Shown: in pieces, positions 1 to 8,994 of the stretch | How positions within the stretch are numbered: the first letter of the stretch is position 1 | Layout of the letters: each line of letters starts with the position of its first letter | IMG/VR virus record: IMGVR_UViG_3300045988_150439 | From: a virus | Lineage: Duplodnaviria > Heunggongvirae > Uroviricota > Caudoviricetes | DNA: 64,000 nucleotides | Strand: one strand, 5' to 3' | Notes under the pieces: model-generated | Database searches by the model: none | What the model was told of the DNA's origin: nothing | What the model saw: only the letters and a program-made list of their open reading frames with translations | Program-made: the position numbers and the translations under genes

Positions 1-760
1 GAGGATCGTCACACATAACGGGACAAAAGGTATCTTTTGGGACTTTAGTGATCTTAACGGAGGAACTTTAATTTTTCCAGGCAGTGGTGGTTATCTTAAG
101 ATGGGGAACTGCCTCATGTCGTATGGTGTGCGGGGAAGTAACGCGCTTATTAAGTTTGATTACACCGACACATTACAGATCAAATATGCTAATCATGGGT
201 CAACCATGACATTAACCACACAGGGATCCGCTCACGCTGGCGTAACAACTAGACTATGGGGTAATTCTAGCCGTCCGGTTGTTTATGAAGTTGGCGTAGA
301 TGAGGCTCTGTATATGTTCTACGCACAGAAAACTACCAGCAATACCTACGAATTAACGGTTAACGGCGCGTGCAATGCAAGTGCATTTAATCAAGGCTCT
401 GACCGGGATCTGAAAGACAATATTCAGGTGATCGATAATGCAACCGACCGCATTCGTAAAATGAACGGCTATACATACACGCTTAAAGAAAACGGTATGC
501 CTTACGCTGGTGTTATTGCACAAGAAGCCCTGGAAGCCATCCCCGAAGTCGTAGGGTCTATGATGAAATATCCAGACGGTGGGAGTGGATTAGATGGAGA
601 AGAAGGTGAACGGTATTACACTGTAGATTATTCTGGTGTTACTGGCTTGCTTGTTCAGGTAGCCAGAGAGTCAGACGACAGGATAACAGCACTGGAAGAA
701 GAAAACGCAGAATTAAGACAAAGATTATCTGCAATTGAGGCGGCGCTTGCGTCTAAATAA
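1..760 (+). CDS. tail fibre/tailspike protein, C-terminal fragment with intramolecular-chaperone (peptidase S74-like) domain; 5' end outside window
   Basis: Frame open from window edge into ORF 101..760 (no stop from nt 2). Last ~120 aa show SDRDLKDNI / GYTYTLKENG / GVIAQE then coiled coil ALEEENAELRQRL, typical of self-cleaving fibre chaperone domains. Confidence 0.7.
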   Translation, partial: RIVTHNGTKGIFWDFSDLNGGTLIFPGSGGYLKMGNCLMSYGVRGSNALIKFDYTDTLQIKYANHGSTMTLTTQGSAHAGVTTRLWGNSSRPVVYEVGVDEALYMFYAQKTTSNTYELTVNGACNASAFNQGSDRDLKDNIQVIDNATDRIRKMNGYTYTLKENGMPYAGVIAQEALEAIPEVVGSMMKYPDGGSGLDGEEGERYYTVDYSGVTGLLVQVARESDDRITALEEENAELRQRLSAIEAALASK

Positions 761-766
761 TATTAA

Positions 767-789
767 GGGGCCGAGCGCCCCGTTTTATT
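767..789 (+). terminator. rho-independent terminator
   Basis: Hairpin ggggc-cgagc-gcccc followed by gtttta, directly after the fibre stop codon. Confidence 0.6.
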
Positions 790-802
790 GGGTAGGATGA
801 AA

Positions 803-1087
803 ATGGATATAACACCTTTCCTTCATGCGCTTTGTGCTGTGGCTGCGCAGCTACTGATTGGTCTTTTTACCGGGAACTGGGCTTACGGGGCGATAGCCGG
901 TTGTACGTTCTTCATTGCGCGTGAACACACCCAGGCAGAATATCGCTGGATTGAAATGTTCGGGCATGGCAAGCGTATGAATATGCCGTGGTGGGGCGGT
1001 TTTGATCCGCGCGCTTGGGATGTGGCAAGTCTGATGGATTTTGCGATTCCACTTTTAGCGTGCACATTATTATATATTTTTATTTAA
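803..1087 (+). CDS. small hydrophobic membrane protein (holin/antiholin candidate)
   Basis: ORF 788..1087; ATG at 803 follows AGGA. Product is largely hydrophobic with 2-3 likely TM segments. Confidence 0.45.
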   Translation: MDITPFLHALCAVAAQLLIGLFTGNWAYGAIAGCTFFIAREHTQAEYRWIEMFGHGKRMNMPWWGGFDPRAWDVASLMDFAIPLLACTLLYIFI

Positions 1088-1268
1088 TATAAGATTAACT
1101 GAGATATAGCTTACGCAAAGAAGGTAATAAATATAAAGAGAGATGTTCTGAGGTAATTTATTGTTGGTATTTAAGGTTATTTACAGATAGGTAAGTGCAT
1201 ACCTATATAAAAAAGATAAAATGTGATATAAATCCGCCATCCCGATTTGACTTTTCATGGAGGAAAAT

Positions 1269-1592
1269 ATGTCGAACGAGATGGCGGGCGTAACAACAGA
1301 GCAAGTTGAGCGCATTGCCGCGATCGTTGCTCGGGAGGTTGTCGGCAAATTAGGTAAAGAGCTACGTGAAGAAATTGGCCAGGAGGTCAACGATCAGCTG
1401 AAAACCTACTTTGGTGATATGACCCCGGCGCAACATAGTATTCAACACTCCAACCTGGACAAACTCCTTAACCGGTTAGATTCCATCTCCAGTGGGTTCT
1501 TTGGCGGCATTGTTTCTAAAATAACGTCGTTCATTATTACCGCACTGCTTTTGGGGTTAGCCGCGTATGGCGTGAAAAATGGACTGCAATAA
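1269..1592 (+). CDS. hypothetical protein with C-terminal transmembrane anchor
   Basis: ORF 1257..1592; ATG 1269 lies 5 nt after GGAGG. C-terminal ITSFIITALLLGLAAYGV is a TM helix. Confidence 0.45.
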   Translation: MSNEMAGVTTEQVERIAAIVAREVVGKLGKELREEIGQEVNDQLKTYFGDMTPAQHSIQHSNLDKLLNRLDSISSGFFGGIVSKITSFIITALLLGLAAYGVKNGLQ

Positions 1593-1605
1593 CAGGAGAT
1601 CAAGG

Positions 1606-2298
1606 ATGCAGACTCCGAGAGGCATTCGTAATAATAACCCCGGTAATCTGGATAAAGGATCACCGTGGCAAGGTCTGGTTGCGAATCCAGACGAACCGCG
1701 CTTTTGCACGTTTAAAGACCCTGTTTGGGGGATTCGTGCGCTGGCGGTGACTCTAATTACCTACCACGATAAACGTCGCGCAAAAGACGGCTCAAGTATC
1801 GATACCATTCGTGAAGTTATTGAACGCTGGGCACCGCCGAATGAAAACAATACTGACGCCTACATTAATGAGGTGTCTAAAGCCGTTGGTGTAACCGCAG
1901 ACATGATCATCGATCTGCATGATTACGACATCCTTCGACCTTTAGTTGAGGCAATCATTCGCCACGAGAATGGCCGAGGCCCGCTAAAAACGCTGAACAC
2001 CTGGTATGCGGCAGAAGTTATTGAGGAAGGTCTGCGTCGAGCTGGCGTTGTTAAGCCGGTGAAAACCGTGAAGGCTGTTCCTGTAACTAAAGAAACCGCA
2101 GGCGCAACTGTTACAGCAGGTATTGGTCTGGCGCAGCTGGCCGATGTTATGCCGCAGGTTTCCGCTGCTATGGATAAAGCACAAGGTCATATCTCTAGCG
2201 GGGATACAGTACGCATCATCTTCGGTATTGCCACTATTGTTGTGGCAGGATTCATTGCCTGGTCGCAGGTAAGAAAACACCAGAAAGGGATGGTCTAA
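1606..2298 (+). CDS. membrane-anchored protein of unknown function in endolysin position of a lysis-like cluster
   Basis: ORF 1579..2298; probable ATG 1606 after AGGAG. N-terminal RNNNPGN motif, C-terminal TM helix; no catalytic motif recognised. Confidence 0.4.
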   Translation: MQTPRGIRNNNPGNLDKGSPWQGLVANPDEPRFCTFKDPVWGIRALAVTLITYHDKRRAKDGSSIDTIREVIERWAPPNENNTDAYINEVSKAVGVTADMIIDLHDYDILRPLVEAIIRHENGRGPLKTLNTWYAAEVIEEGLRRAGVVKPVKTVKAVPVTKETAGATVTAGIGLAQLADVMPQVSAAMDKAQGHISSGDTVRIIFGIATIVVAGFIAWSQVRKHQKGMV

Positions 2299-2299
2299 T

Positions 2300-2551
2300 A
2301 TGCTAGGCAGCCTGATGACAAAGCTAAAAGTTGCTTTGATTACGCTGGCTGCCGTTCTTTTCGTTCTTGTCGGCGCTTACACGATGGGCGGGAATGCGGC
2401 GCGACGAGCAATGGAAGAGAAGGCAAAACAGGAAGACAGAAAACGACTTCAAAACACAGTGAAAGTGGTGAATGAGACGAGCAGTAAAATACGTCAGAAA
2501 GATGCTTCTGCCGTTCATCGTGAGTTGTATGATAAGTGGGTGCGTCATTAA
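2300..2551 (+). CDS. i-spanin-like (Rz-like) membrane protein
   Basis: N-terminal TM helix then charged region; 3' end overlapped out of frame by a lipoprotein gene. Confidence 0.45.
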   Translation: MLGSLMTKLKVALITLAAVLFVLVGAYTMGGNAARRAMEEKAKQEDRKRLQNTVKVVNETSSKIRQKDASAVHRELYDKWVRH

Positions 2552-2687
2552 ACCACAAACAGCCAGCGTGTTGTTCTGCGATGGGGCTGAGCCTATCTAT
2601 ATCAGCAATAATGATGTAATGACTGAAGAAACCGAACGCCAAATCCTTTTTCACAATACGATGGGAGAGAGGGTTTGTGGTTGGTGA
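2472..2687 (+). CDS. o-spanin-like (Rz1-like) lipoprotein
   Basis: Signal peptide with lipobox ISGC; overlaps the 3' end of the upstream gene in another frame (Rz/Rz1 arrangement). Confidence 0.45.
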   Translation: MRRAVKYVRKMLLPFIVSCMISGCVIKPQTASVLFCDGAEPIYISNNDVMTEETERQILFHNTMGERVCGW

Positions 2688-2719
2688 TGTCGAAGTTCCC
2701 CTCAAATGAGGGGAACACA

Positions 2720-3241
2720 TTATTCTTCGAACAATTTTTCGATAGATTTTGTAGGATAGAACAAAGAACGCTCGTTGTTACCAACCAGCTGGATAAAGCC
2801 TAAACTTTTATAAAACGCCTTGGCTTTGTCATTTAACGCCTCAACGAAAAGTCCATGAATGCCTACAGCAAGAGATGCATTGTACACAACGCGCATTGCA
2901 TGTGTTACAAGCATTGAGCCAAATCCTTGACCTTGAAGGGACTTGTCCAAAGCCAGCCTACCCAAAGTAACACTTGGAACATTCCGATAAGGAACCTTCT
3001 TTTGTTTGCTTCTTGAAGGTAAGGACTCCTTTTCAAAACAACTACCTGACAAAGTGTAATATCCTAACACTTTTGGCCTTTCTTCTTGAGTGCAAAGCAC
3101 ATAAGCACGAAGAATTTTTCCCTCATGCTGCCTTTTTAAGTGGTTGGCTAAAAAGGCGTTTAGTGACTCTTCGCCGCAATCAAAACCGTTTAGATCATAA
3201 TCTTTCTCTCCAGAGAAAATCTCTATCGTTGTATTGCTCAC
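2720..3241 (-). CDS. GNAT-family acetyltransferase toxin (TacT/AtaT-like)
   Basis: 173 aa, GNAT motif QGQGFGSMLV; GTG start 8 nt after the stop of a DUF1778-type gene on the same strand. Confidence 0.7.
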   Translation of the reverse strand: MSNTTIEIFSGEKDYDLNGFDCGEESLNAFLANHLKRQHEGKILRAYVLCTQEERPKVLGYYTLSGSCFEKESLPSRSKQKKVPYRNVPSVTLGRLALDKSLQGQGFGSMLVTHAMRVVYNASLAVGIHGLFVEALNDKAKAFYKSLGFIQLVGNNERSLFYPTKSIEKLFEE

Positions 3242-3248
3242 GAGTAAA

Positions 3249-3518
3249 CTACTCCATGCTTTTCAGACGATCAGCAGCTCGTTTCAGCTTGTCGTTCGGT
3301 GCCGGAGGATTGCTTATAGCGTCCATAACCAGATTCCAGGATTCTTCATTCAGAACTAGTCTACGGTGTTGCTCTATAACTTTCACGGCACGTTCAGATG
3401 CACTGCTAACCATAAACTGAGTAATGCTCTGGTTAGACATTGCGGCAGCTTCCTCGATGATGCTTTTATCGTCATCGGTTAATCTCAAATCGATGCGCTG
3501 CTTTTTTAGTGCTGACAT
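3249..3518 (-). CDS. DUF1778-type ribbon-helix-helix antitoxin (TacA/AtaR-like)
   Basis: ORF 3249..3557; probable ATG 3518 follows GGAGG. About 89 aa with KKQRIDLRL strand then helices and PPAPN tail; precedes the GNAT gene. Confidence 0.65.
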   Translation of the reverse strand: MSALKKQRIDLRLTDDDKSIIEEAAAMSNQSITQFMVSSASERAVKVIEQHRRLVLNEESWNLVMDAISNPPAPNDKLKRAADRLKSME

Positions 3519-3836
3519 GTATTCCTCCTGATGGCCGTGATATAGGAAGGCCATCAATCTCCTCTGTTCAAACTGAGTTTTCGACTCAAAAATTACTTTA
3601 AAAGGCTATAGCCCATTACGTGTGCATTATCAAATTGTGTACGGCATATCACCGTACTTGTAATATAGAGGTCATTGTTACTTTTTTCAACAGGCAAATA
3701 CAAGCAATGATTGCCAATTGTTAACCACAACCTACCATTTTACCTTTACACCGCAGCCGTAGGCATTTAGGCTATATCACATATAAGAAAACAAGTTGTT
3801 TCAGACGATAATTATATACGCAAAGGGAACTCTCCA

Positions 3837-4505
3837 ATGACCAAGATCTTTGTGGTTGGCGGCACAAAGGGCGGGCCTGGCAAATCCACCGTTGCCCAGC
3901 AAATTGCCGTTTGCCTGAAAGTCAAAAAGAAGAAGAAGGTTTATATCACTGATATAGATATTCAGCGCACGACAACAAGCTGGTGTGAAGACCGTCGACA
4001 GAACGAAGATCTTGAGCTGATTCCTTTTGCATACGTTCAGGATGACATCATTAAGCACCTAAAATCGCTTCAGGGTAGAGCTGAGTTTGTAGTGGTAGAT
4101 GCTGGTGGCTTCGACTCCGAAATTCAGCGACAAGCGATGCTGATGGCTGACGTTATCATTATCCCGCTGCGTCCTAAGCGTCGTGATTTGAAATCTTTAC
4201 GTGACATCGATCCTATTATCGACAATGTTCGCAATGTAAACGATAAAGTGAAGGTCCGCGCGGTCATGAACCAGTGCCCGGCTTTGCCATCACAAGTGTC
4301 TCGCATTCTGGCGGCTAAAGAGATTGTTGAGACGTTTGGAATCGAGTCTGCGCCAGTCAATCTATATAACCGCAACGTCTATGATGATGCGGAAGAGTCT
4401 GGTCGTTCTATCTTTGAAATGACCGGTAGCGAGCGCGACAAAAAGGCGGAAGCCGAGTTTGAAGAATTTGTAGATTATCTGTTGAGTCTGGAGGAAGAAG
4501 AATAA
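3837..4505 (+). CDS. parA: ParA/Soj-type partition ATPase
   Basis: Deviant Walker A GGTKGGPGKST at N-terminus; 222 aa; stop overlaps start of downstream gene (TAATG). Confidence 0.8.
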   Translation: MTKIFVVGGTKGGPGKSTVAQQIAVCLKVKKKKKVYITDIDIQRTTTSWCEDRRQNEDLELIPFAYVQDDIIKHLKSLQGRAEFVVVDAGGFDSEIQRQAMLMADVIIIPLRPKRRDLKSLRDIDPIIDNVRNVNDKVKVRAVMNQCPALPSQVSRILAAKEIVETFGIESAPVNLYNRNVYDDAEESGRSIFEMTGSERDKKAEAEFEEFVDYLLSLEEEE

Positions 4506-4864
4506 TGTCCATGAAAATGGGTGACCTAGCAAAGCGCAAAGAGCCTGATGCACCGGCTAAGAACACAACTCCTTTGCGCCAACCAGTCAGACCACAGGGA
4601 CGCCCGACTCGTGGCAAAGAGAAAATTAAAAGCCGCACAATGTCACTGGAAGACGAATACTTCGAACTGCTGGAGATGATGAAGTTCATCCCTCGCTTCG
4701 AGAAGTTCACTCGTTCTGACGTGATTCGAGCAGCCATTTTCCATCTGGCAGAGAAGTCACCGCAGGAAATCGAGGACATCGTGAAGCTTAACGAGGCGAT
4801 CACAGCTGCCGACGTTACGATGCGTACCGATGAAATTAAACGAGAGTTGATGAAGAAAGGTTGA
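4505..4864 (+). CDS. small partition DNA-binding protein (ParG-like ribbon-helix-helix)
   Basis: 119 aa; basic N-terminus then RHH-like segment RTMSLEDEYFELLEMM...RSDVIRAAI; translationally coupled to parA. Confidence 0.5.
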   Translation: MSMKMGDLAKRKEPDAPAKNTTPLRQPVRPQGRPTRGKEKIKSRTMSLEDEYFELLEMMKFIPRFEKFTRSDVIRAAIFHLAEKSPQEIEDIVKLNEAITAADVTMRTDEIKRELMKKG

Positions 4865-4867
4865 TTA

Positions 4868-4890
4868 TATTGGGCGTTTGTTACGCCCAA
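4868..4890. repeat. perfect inverted repeat ttgggcgt / acgcccaa (hairpin or protein-binding site)
   Basis: Read directly; lies between the par operon and the AT-rich KAP gene. Confidence 0.4.
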
Positions 4891-4915
4891 TATATGAATT
4901 AAAGGATTGATACTA

Positions 4916-6610
4916 ATGGAATCGATAGAATCATTTCTAAAAAATTTTCTAGTTTCAGATCATCGGGTTGCCGTCATAAAAGGAGATTGGGGCGTTGGTA
5001 AAACTCATTATTGGAATAGTTTTTATACTAAGCATTCTGAAGGATTAGATTTTAATGCATATTCGTATGTTTCTTTGTTTGGGGTTAACTCTATTGGTGA
5101 TATTAAAAAAACTCTTTATCATTGTGCCACACCAATTAATGAAAAGAAATATAAAGAACTAATTTTATCTGAAACGGATCGAACTATGATTCGTTATAGA
5201 AATGGGTTTTGGGGATGGTTGAAATACAACTCCTTGTCAAAATTTTTAATACATTTCGGAAAGAACGATTTTTTTGGGTTCAAAACAGATAACCTGCTGT
5301 CATCTCTTGAGTATAAATTTGTTAATAATTATTTGGTTTGTATTGATGATGTTGAAAGAAAAGGTAATTCGCTAGAAGTTAAAGAAATTATGGGGGTAAT
5401 TGATGAATTAGCAAGAAGAAAAGGTTGCAAAGTTGTTCTAATTTTAAATGAAGATAATTTACATGATGAAACTGCAAAAAAACAGTTTTTAGAGTACAGA
5501 GAAAAAGTAATTGATGTCGAAATAAAATACGATCCTACGCCTGAGAAGAACTTACGTAAAGTTTTTTATGAAACTGATTCTGATTTTCTTTTGTTAAAAG
5601 TCTTAGCAAATGACTTAGGCATTAAAAATATCCGTATATTAAATAAAATAAAAACATCTCTGGTTAATCTTAGGAATGAGCTAAGCTTGGCAGAGGATAA
5701 GGTTAGAGAAAGTTTTATCAATAGATTGGTTCTGTTTTCAGTGGTTTACTATTCTGGTGTTCCAGGTGTTGATTATGCCTTGTTTAAAGAATCAATTAAA
5801 AACATACATGTATTTGATTACATGTTAGATGATAAAAAGGATGATTCTGTATATTCATTTATTAATAGTCTTGATATTATTTATGAACGAGCGGAAATTG
5901 CTTTCGATGATGACATAGATTTTTATCTCAAGAATGGTTATCTTTCTACTGAAAGCAATATTCGAGGTATAATAGAAGAAAAAAATAAACAATATAAAGA
6001 ACACAAGGCTTTATGTGAGGTTAACAATGTTTGGGATATTTTTAGTGACTCATTCAAGGACAATGAATCTGAGTTTATTTCTAAGATAAAATGTGTAATT
6101 AACGACAATCTTTCACACATACCTGTTGCTCACTTCATAGGCTTGATTGATATCTTAAATAGATTGTTGATTGATTGTGATAGTTATATAGAGGCATATG
6201 CAGATGCCTTTGTTAGCCAAGATGATGCTTATACTGCTTTTCGGAATTTGTATGTAGAGATATTTGGTAACGAAAAGTTAGGTCTGCTAATTCAAAAAAA
6301 ATTGATGGATAAGAAGCCTGAAGAGACTAATTTAGAGAATGTTTTATACAAAATAATTGAAGGCAAATTTAATCATAGTGACATAGCATATCTTAACAGT
6401 TTCTCTGAAGATGATTATTTAAAGTGGATATTATCCCGCAATCAGGATGCTTTGGATTTAGTGAGAAAGGGGTTGCTCAGATTCAAAAGTATGCAAGAAC
6501 TAACAGAAGAACAGCAAAAAATCACGAATAAAGCAATAGGTGCATTAACGAAACTGGCCTCTAGATCAAGTCTTAACAAACTACGTGTGAGCAGATTGCT
6601 TAATAATTAA
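4916..6610 (+). CDS. KAP-family P-loop NTPase
   Basis: ORF 4907..6610; ATG 4916 follows AAAGGA. Walker A GDWGVGKTHYW near N-terminus, DDVER Walker B-like; coding region clearly AT-rich relative to neighbours. Confidence 0.6.
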   Translation: MESIESFLKNFLVSDHRVAVIKGDWGVGKTHYWNSFYTKHSEGLDFNAYSYVSLFGVNSIGDIKKTLYHCATPINEKKYKELILSETDRTMIRYRNGFWGWLKYNSLSKFLIHFGKNDFFGFKTDNLLSSLEYKFVNNYLVCIDDVERKGNSLEVKEIMGVIDELARRKGCKVVLILNEDNLHDETAKKQFLEYREKVIDVEIKYDPTPEKNLRKVFYETDSDFLLLKVLANDLGIKNIRILNKIKTSLVNLRNELSLAEDKVRESFINRLVLFSVVYYSGVPGVDYALFKESIKNIHVFDYMLDDKKDDSVYSFINSLDIIYERAEIAFDDDIDFYLKNGYLSTESNIRGIIEEKNKQYKEHKALCEVNNVWDIFSDSFKDNESEFISKIKCVINDNLSHIPVAHFIGLIDILNRLLIDCDSYIEAYADAFVSQDDAYTAFRNLYVEIFGNEKLGLLIQKKLMDKKPEETNLENVLYKIIEGKFNHSDIAYLNSFSEDDYLKWILSRNQDALDLVRKGLLRFKSMQELTEEQQKITNKAIGALTKLASRSSLNKLRVSRLLNN

Positions 6611-6620
6611 GTATTCATGA

Positions 6621-6671
6621 CCTGTTTCTGTATATAAATAATAAGTAACTTATTAAATATACGGAAGCAGG
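6621..6671 (+). repeat. AT-loop hairpin element copy 1 (probable terminator)
   Basis: 15-bp stem cctgtttctgtatat / atatacggaagcagg with AT-rich loop; near-identical element at 56885..56941. Confidence 0.5.
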
Positions 6672-6788
6672 TCTTTCAAAAGATACCCACCAGAACAACT
6701 CCCTTCCGTTTCCACTTCCAAAAACTGCCACCAATCGCTATCATCAGCTCATTGTGATAAGTAAGTAACTACCTACCAGGTGAGCCAC

Positions 6789-7529
6789 ATGAGCCAAATC
6801 TTTTTCGACACCATCGACAACGACCAGTACGACTTCATGACAGAGTGGAATACCGCTGTTATGGATAAGTGGGTTGCTGAAAACATTGGTTTGTCGCGCT
6901 GCAAAGACGAGGCTGAACTCTTCGATACGAAGTGGTTTGATTACCGCGACATGCATCCTCTTATGGCCACCTGTCTGTTTACGGAGGCATACAAACGTCA
7001 GTACTCAAATATCATGCTGACGCACGGTCGCGAACACTTTGAAACAGCTCCGTTCACCACCGGGTTAAAACGCCTGCCTTATCAGGAGTTGTCGACTGCC
7101 AATAAAACGTCGCTATGGAAAGCACGCCAGTTTGCTGACCGCTATTGCTGCTCATACGACTACTTTATCTCCACCGTTCTTTCCGCAGCTGCACGACGTC
7201 TGTGGGACAAGCTGCCTCGCCCACAGCATTTGTGGCAGCCAGAACTGATTGAGATATTTGAAGAGAAATTAGCCAGACGCGCAACAACCCGTCTGGATGA
7301 CTCTCTGGTTAGCTTTAAGCATATAGGAGACATGCAGTTCAACCCGATCCAGGAAAGCTATTTTGAGTGGATTCTGGAGCGTTTACGCACCATCCCCCGC
7401 AGCAAGCGCATACGCGCAATTTTCTCCGCTATCTGGCTAATGGAAATCGTTCCAGAGCGCCTTATTTCCGCCCACTTTCCAGAAGAACTGGAAGAAGCAC
7501 GGCGGTTTATTGATCCCCTATCCAATTAA
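6789..7529 (+). CDS. hypothetical protein
   Basis: ORF 6780..7529; ATG 6789 follows AGGTGA; no motif recognised. Confidence 0.5.
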   Translation: MSQIFFDTIDNDQYDFMTEWNTAVMDKWVAENIGLSRCKDEAELFDTKWFDYRDMHPLMATCLFTEAYKRQYSNIMLTHGREHFETAPFTTGLKRLPYQELSTANKTSLWKARQFADRYCCSYDYFISTVLSAAARRLWDKLPRPQHLWQPELIEIFEEKLARRATTRLDDSLVSFKHIGDMQFNPIQESYFEWILERLRTIPRSKRIRAIFSAIWLMEIVPERLISAHFPEELEEARRFIDPLSN

Positions 7530-7572
7530 CTAATACTAGAAAACAATTTGTTTAAAAAACAAAGGAAAGCAC

Positions 7573-8913
7573 ATGACCGAACTTTGCCATACAGGACGCG
7601 GGCTGTCCGAAGAGTTTGATGAAGATTTCCAGAACAGACTGACGGCATATTTTTGTCGTGATCACGAGTTTCTTACTCGTGCGGGAGATCTGGTTGTGCC
7701 TAGCCAATTTGCCAATGCGGCCAATGCCATATTGGTTAATATGGTTTCGGGCTATTACCGTATGTACAAGAGCGCGCCCTCTTCATCTGCAATTCTGGAT
7801 ATGCTTAAGCGTGCGAAACGCGATAAGACTATCCGTGAGGAACTATTCGCCGATGTTGTTGCTGCGTTTAAGCGCATCCTTGCAGAAAAATTGTCCGATA
7901 CCTCGTACATGGTTGACCAGGTATCAACCTTCGCAAAAAGCGTAGCGTTTGATGATGCTCTGATTAAGGCTGCTGAACTGAAAGAGAAGGGCGACTTTCA
8001 GGGGGCGATGGCAATCATGGCCAAGGTTCAGCAGATTGGATCGAACGAAGCGACCGGAATCTATGACTACTACACCTCAGCAAGTGAGCGACTGAAAGCG
8101 CGTGAATATGAGGCCTCAGAGGAGTATGTGCCAAACAGTATTACAACTGGACTCCCTCTTCTCGATAGGTTGCTGTACCAAAAAGGCTGGGCAAAGCGCG
8201 AAATGGTGCTCTTCATGGGGTTCGCTAAATCCGGTAAATCGACCGCAATGGGTGAGTTTTCCATAAACGCAACGCTTGCTGGCTACAATGTTCTGTATCT
8301 CTCGCTGGAGGTTCACACCACCATTTTATCCGACCGTTTTGACGCAAGATTGTCGGAGACAGAAATGTCCAAGCTGGTGGAACGGCGCGATGAGGTTCAT
8401 CGTAAGTTGGCAGAGTTGGGAGCCACGAAGGGGATTGGTAGTTTGTGGGTGGTTGAGCGTCCGTCAGGAAGTATATCACCGGCAGATCTGGATCGTATGC
8501 TCAACAGCATGAAAGCCAATGGCATGGTGCCTGACATGGTTGTTGTCGACTACGCAGATTTGATGCGTGCCAGTTATGACCTTCGTGATGATCGCGCCAA
8601 CATTCGTAGTATCTACACCGATTTGCGTGCTCTTTATGACAAGCATAACGTTGCTGGGATCACGGCATCGCAGACAAACCGTGAAGGTGGCGCGTCAGAA
8701 GTTGCCACAATGATGCACGCTGCCGACAACATCGAAAAAGTACGTATTGCTGACCTGGTAATAACGATCAACAAAACCGAAGAAGAAGAAGCGAAAGGAG
8801 AGGCTCGTCTCTACTTTGCTGGTTCACGTAACCAGCAGGGAGGGATCAGCATTCGCGTTAAACAAAACCTCGAACAAATGCGCTTCATTGAGCGAATCTT
8901 AGACGTTACCTAA
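7573..8913 (+). CDS. DnaB-like replicative DNA helicase
   Basis: 446 aa; Walker A GFAKSGKST mid-protein, Walker B-like DMVVVDYADL, ASQTNREG region; primase gene follows. Confidence 0.7.
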   Translation: MTELCHTGRGLSEEFDEDFQNRLTAYFCRDHEFLTRAGDLVVPSQFANAANAILVNMVSGYYRMYKSAPSSSAILDMLKRAKRDKTIREELFADVVAAFKRILAEKLSDTSYMVDQVSTFAKSVAFDDALIKAAELKEKGDFQGAMAIMAKVQQIGSNEATGIYDYYTSASERLKAREYEASEEYVPNSITTGLPLLDRLLYQKGWAKREMVLFMGFAKSGKSTAMGEFSINATLAGYNVLYLSLEVHTTILSDRFDARLSETEMSKLVERRDEVHRKLAELGATKGIGSLWVVERPSGSISPADLDRMLNSMKANGMVPDMVVVDYADLMRASYDLRDDRANIRSIYTDLRALYDKHNVAGITASQTNREGGASEVATMMHAADNIEKVRIADLVITINKTEEEEAKGEARLYFAGSRNQQGGISIRVKQNLEQMRFIERILDVT

Positions 8914-8994
8914 AAAATAAGCGTGGAGAACACCTCCACGCTTGATTCATTTGTGAAACAACTTTTCTTTTGCCAAACCACAAAAGAAAAACAC

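Noticed and set aside
1579-1605. Upstream ATG at 1579 as start of the 1606..2298 gene
   Set aside because: It lies within the preceding gene and lacks a Shine-Dalgarno sequence, whereas ATG 1606 follows AGGAG at ideal spacing.
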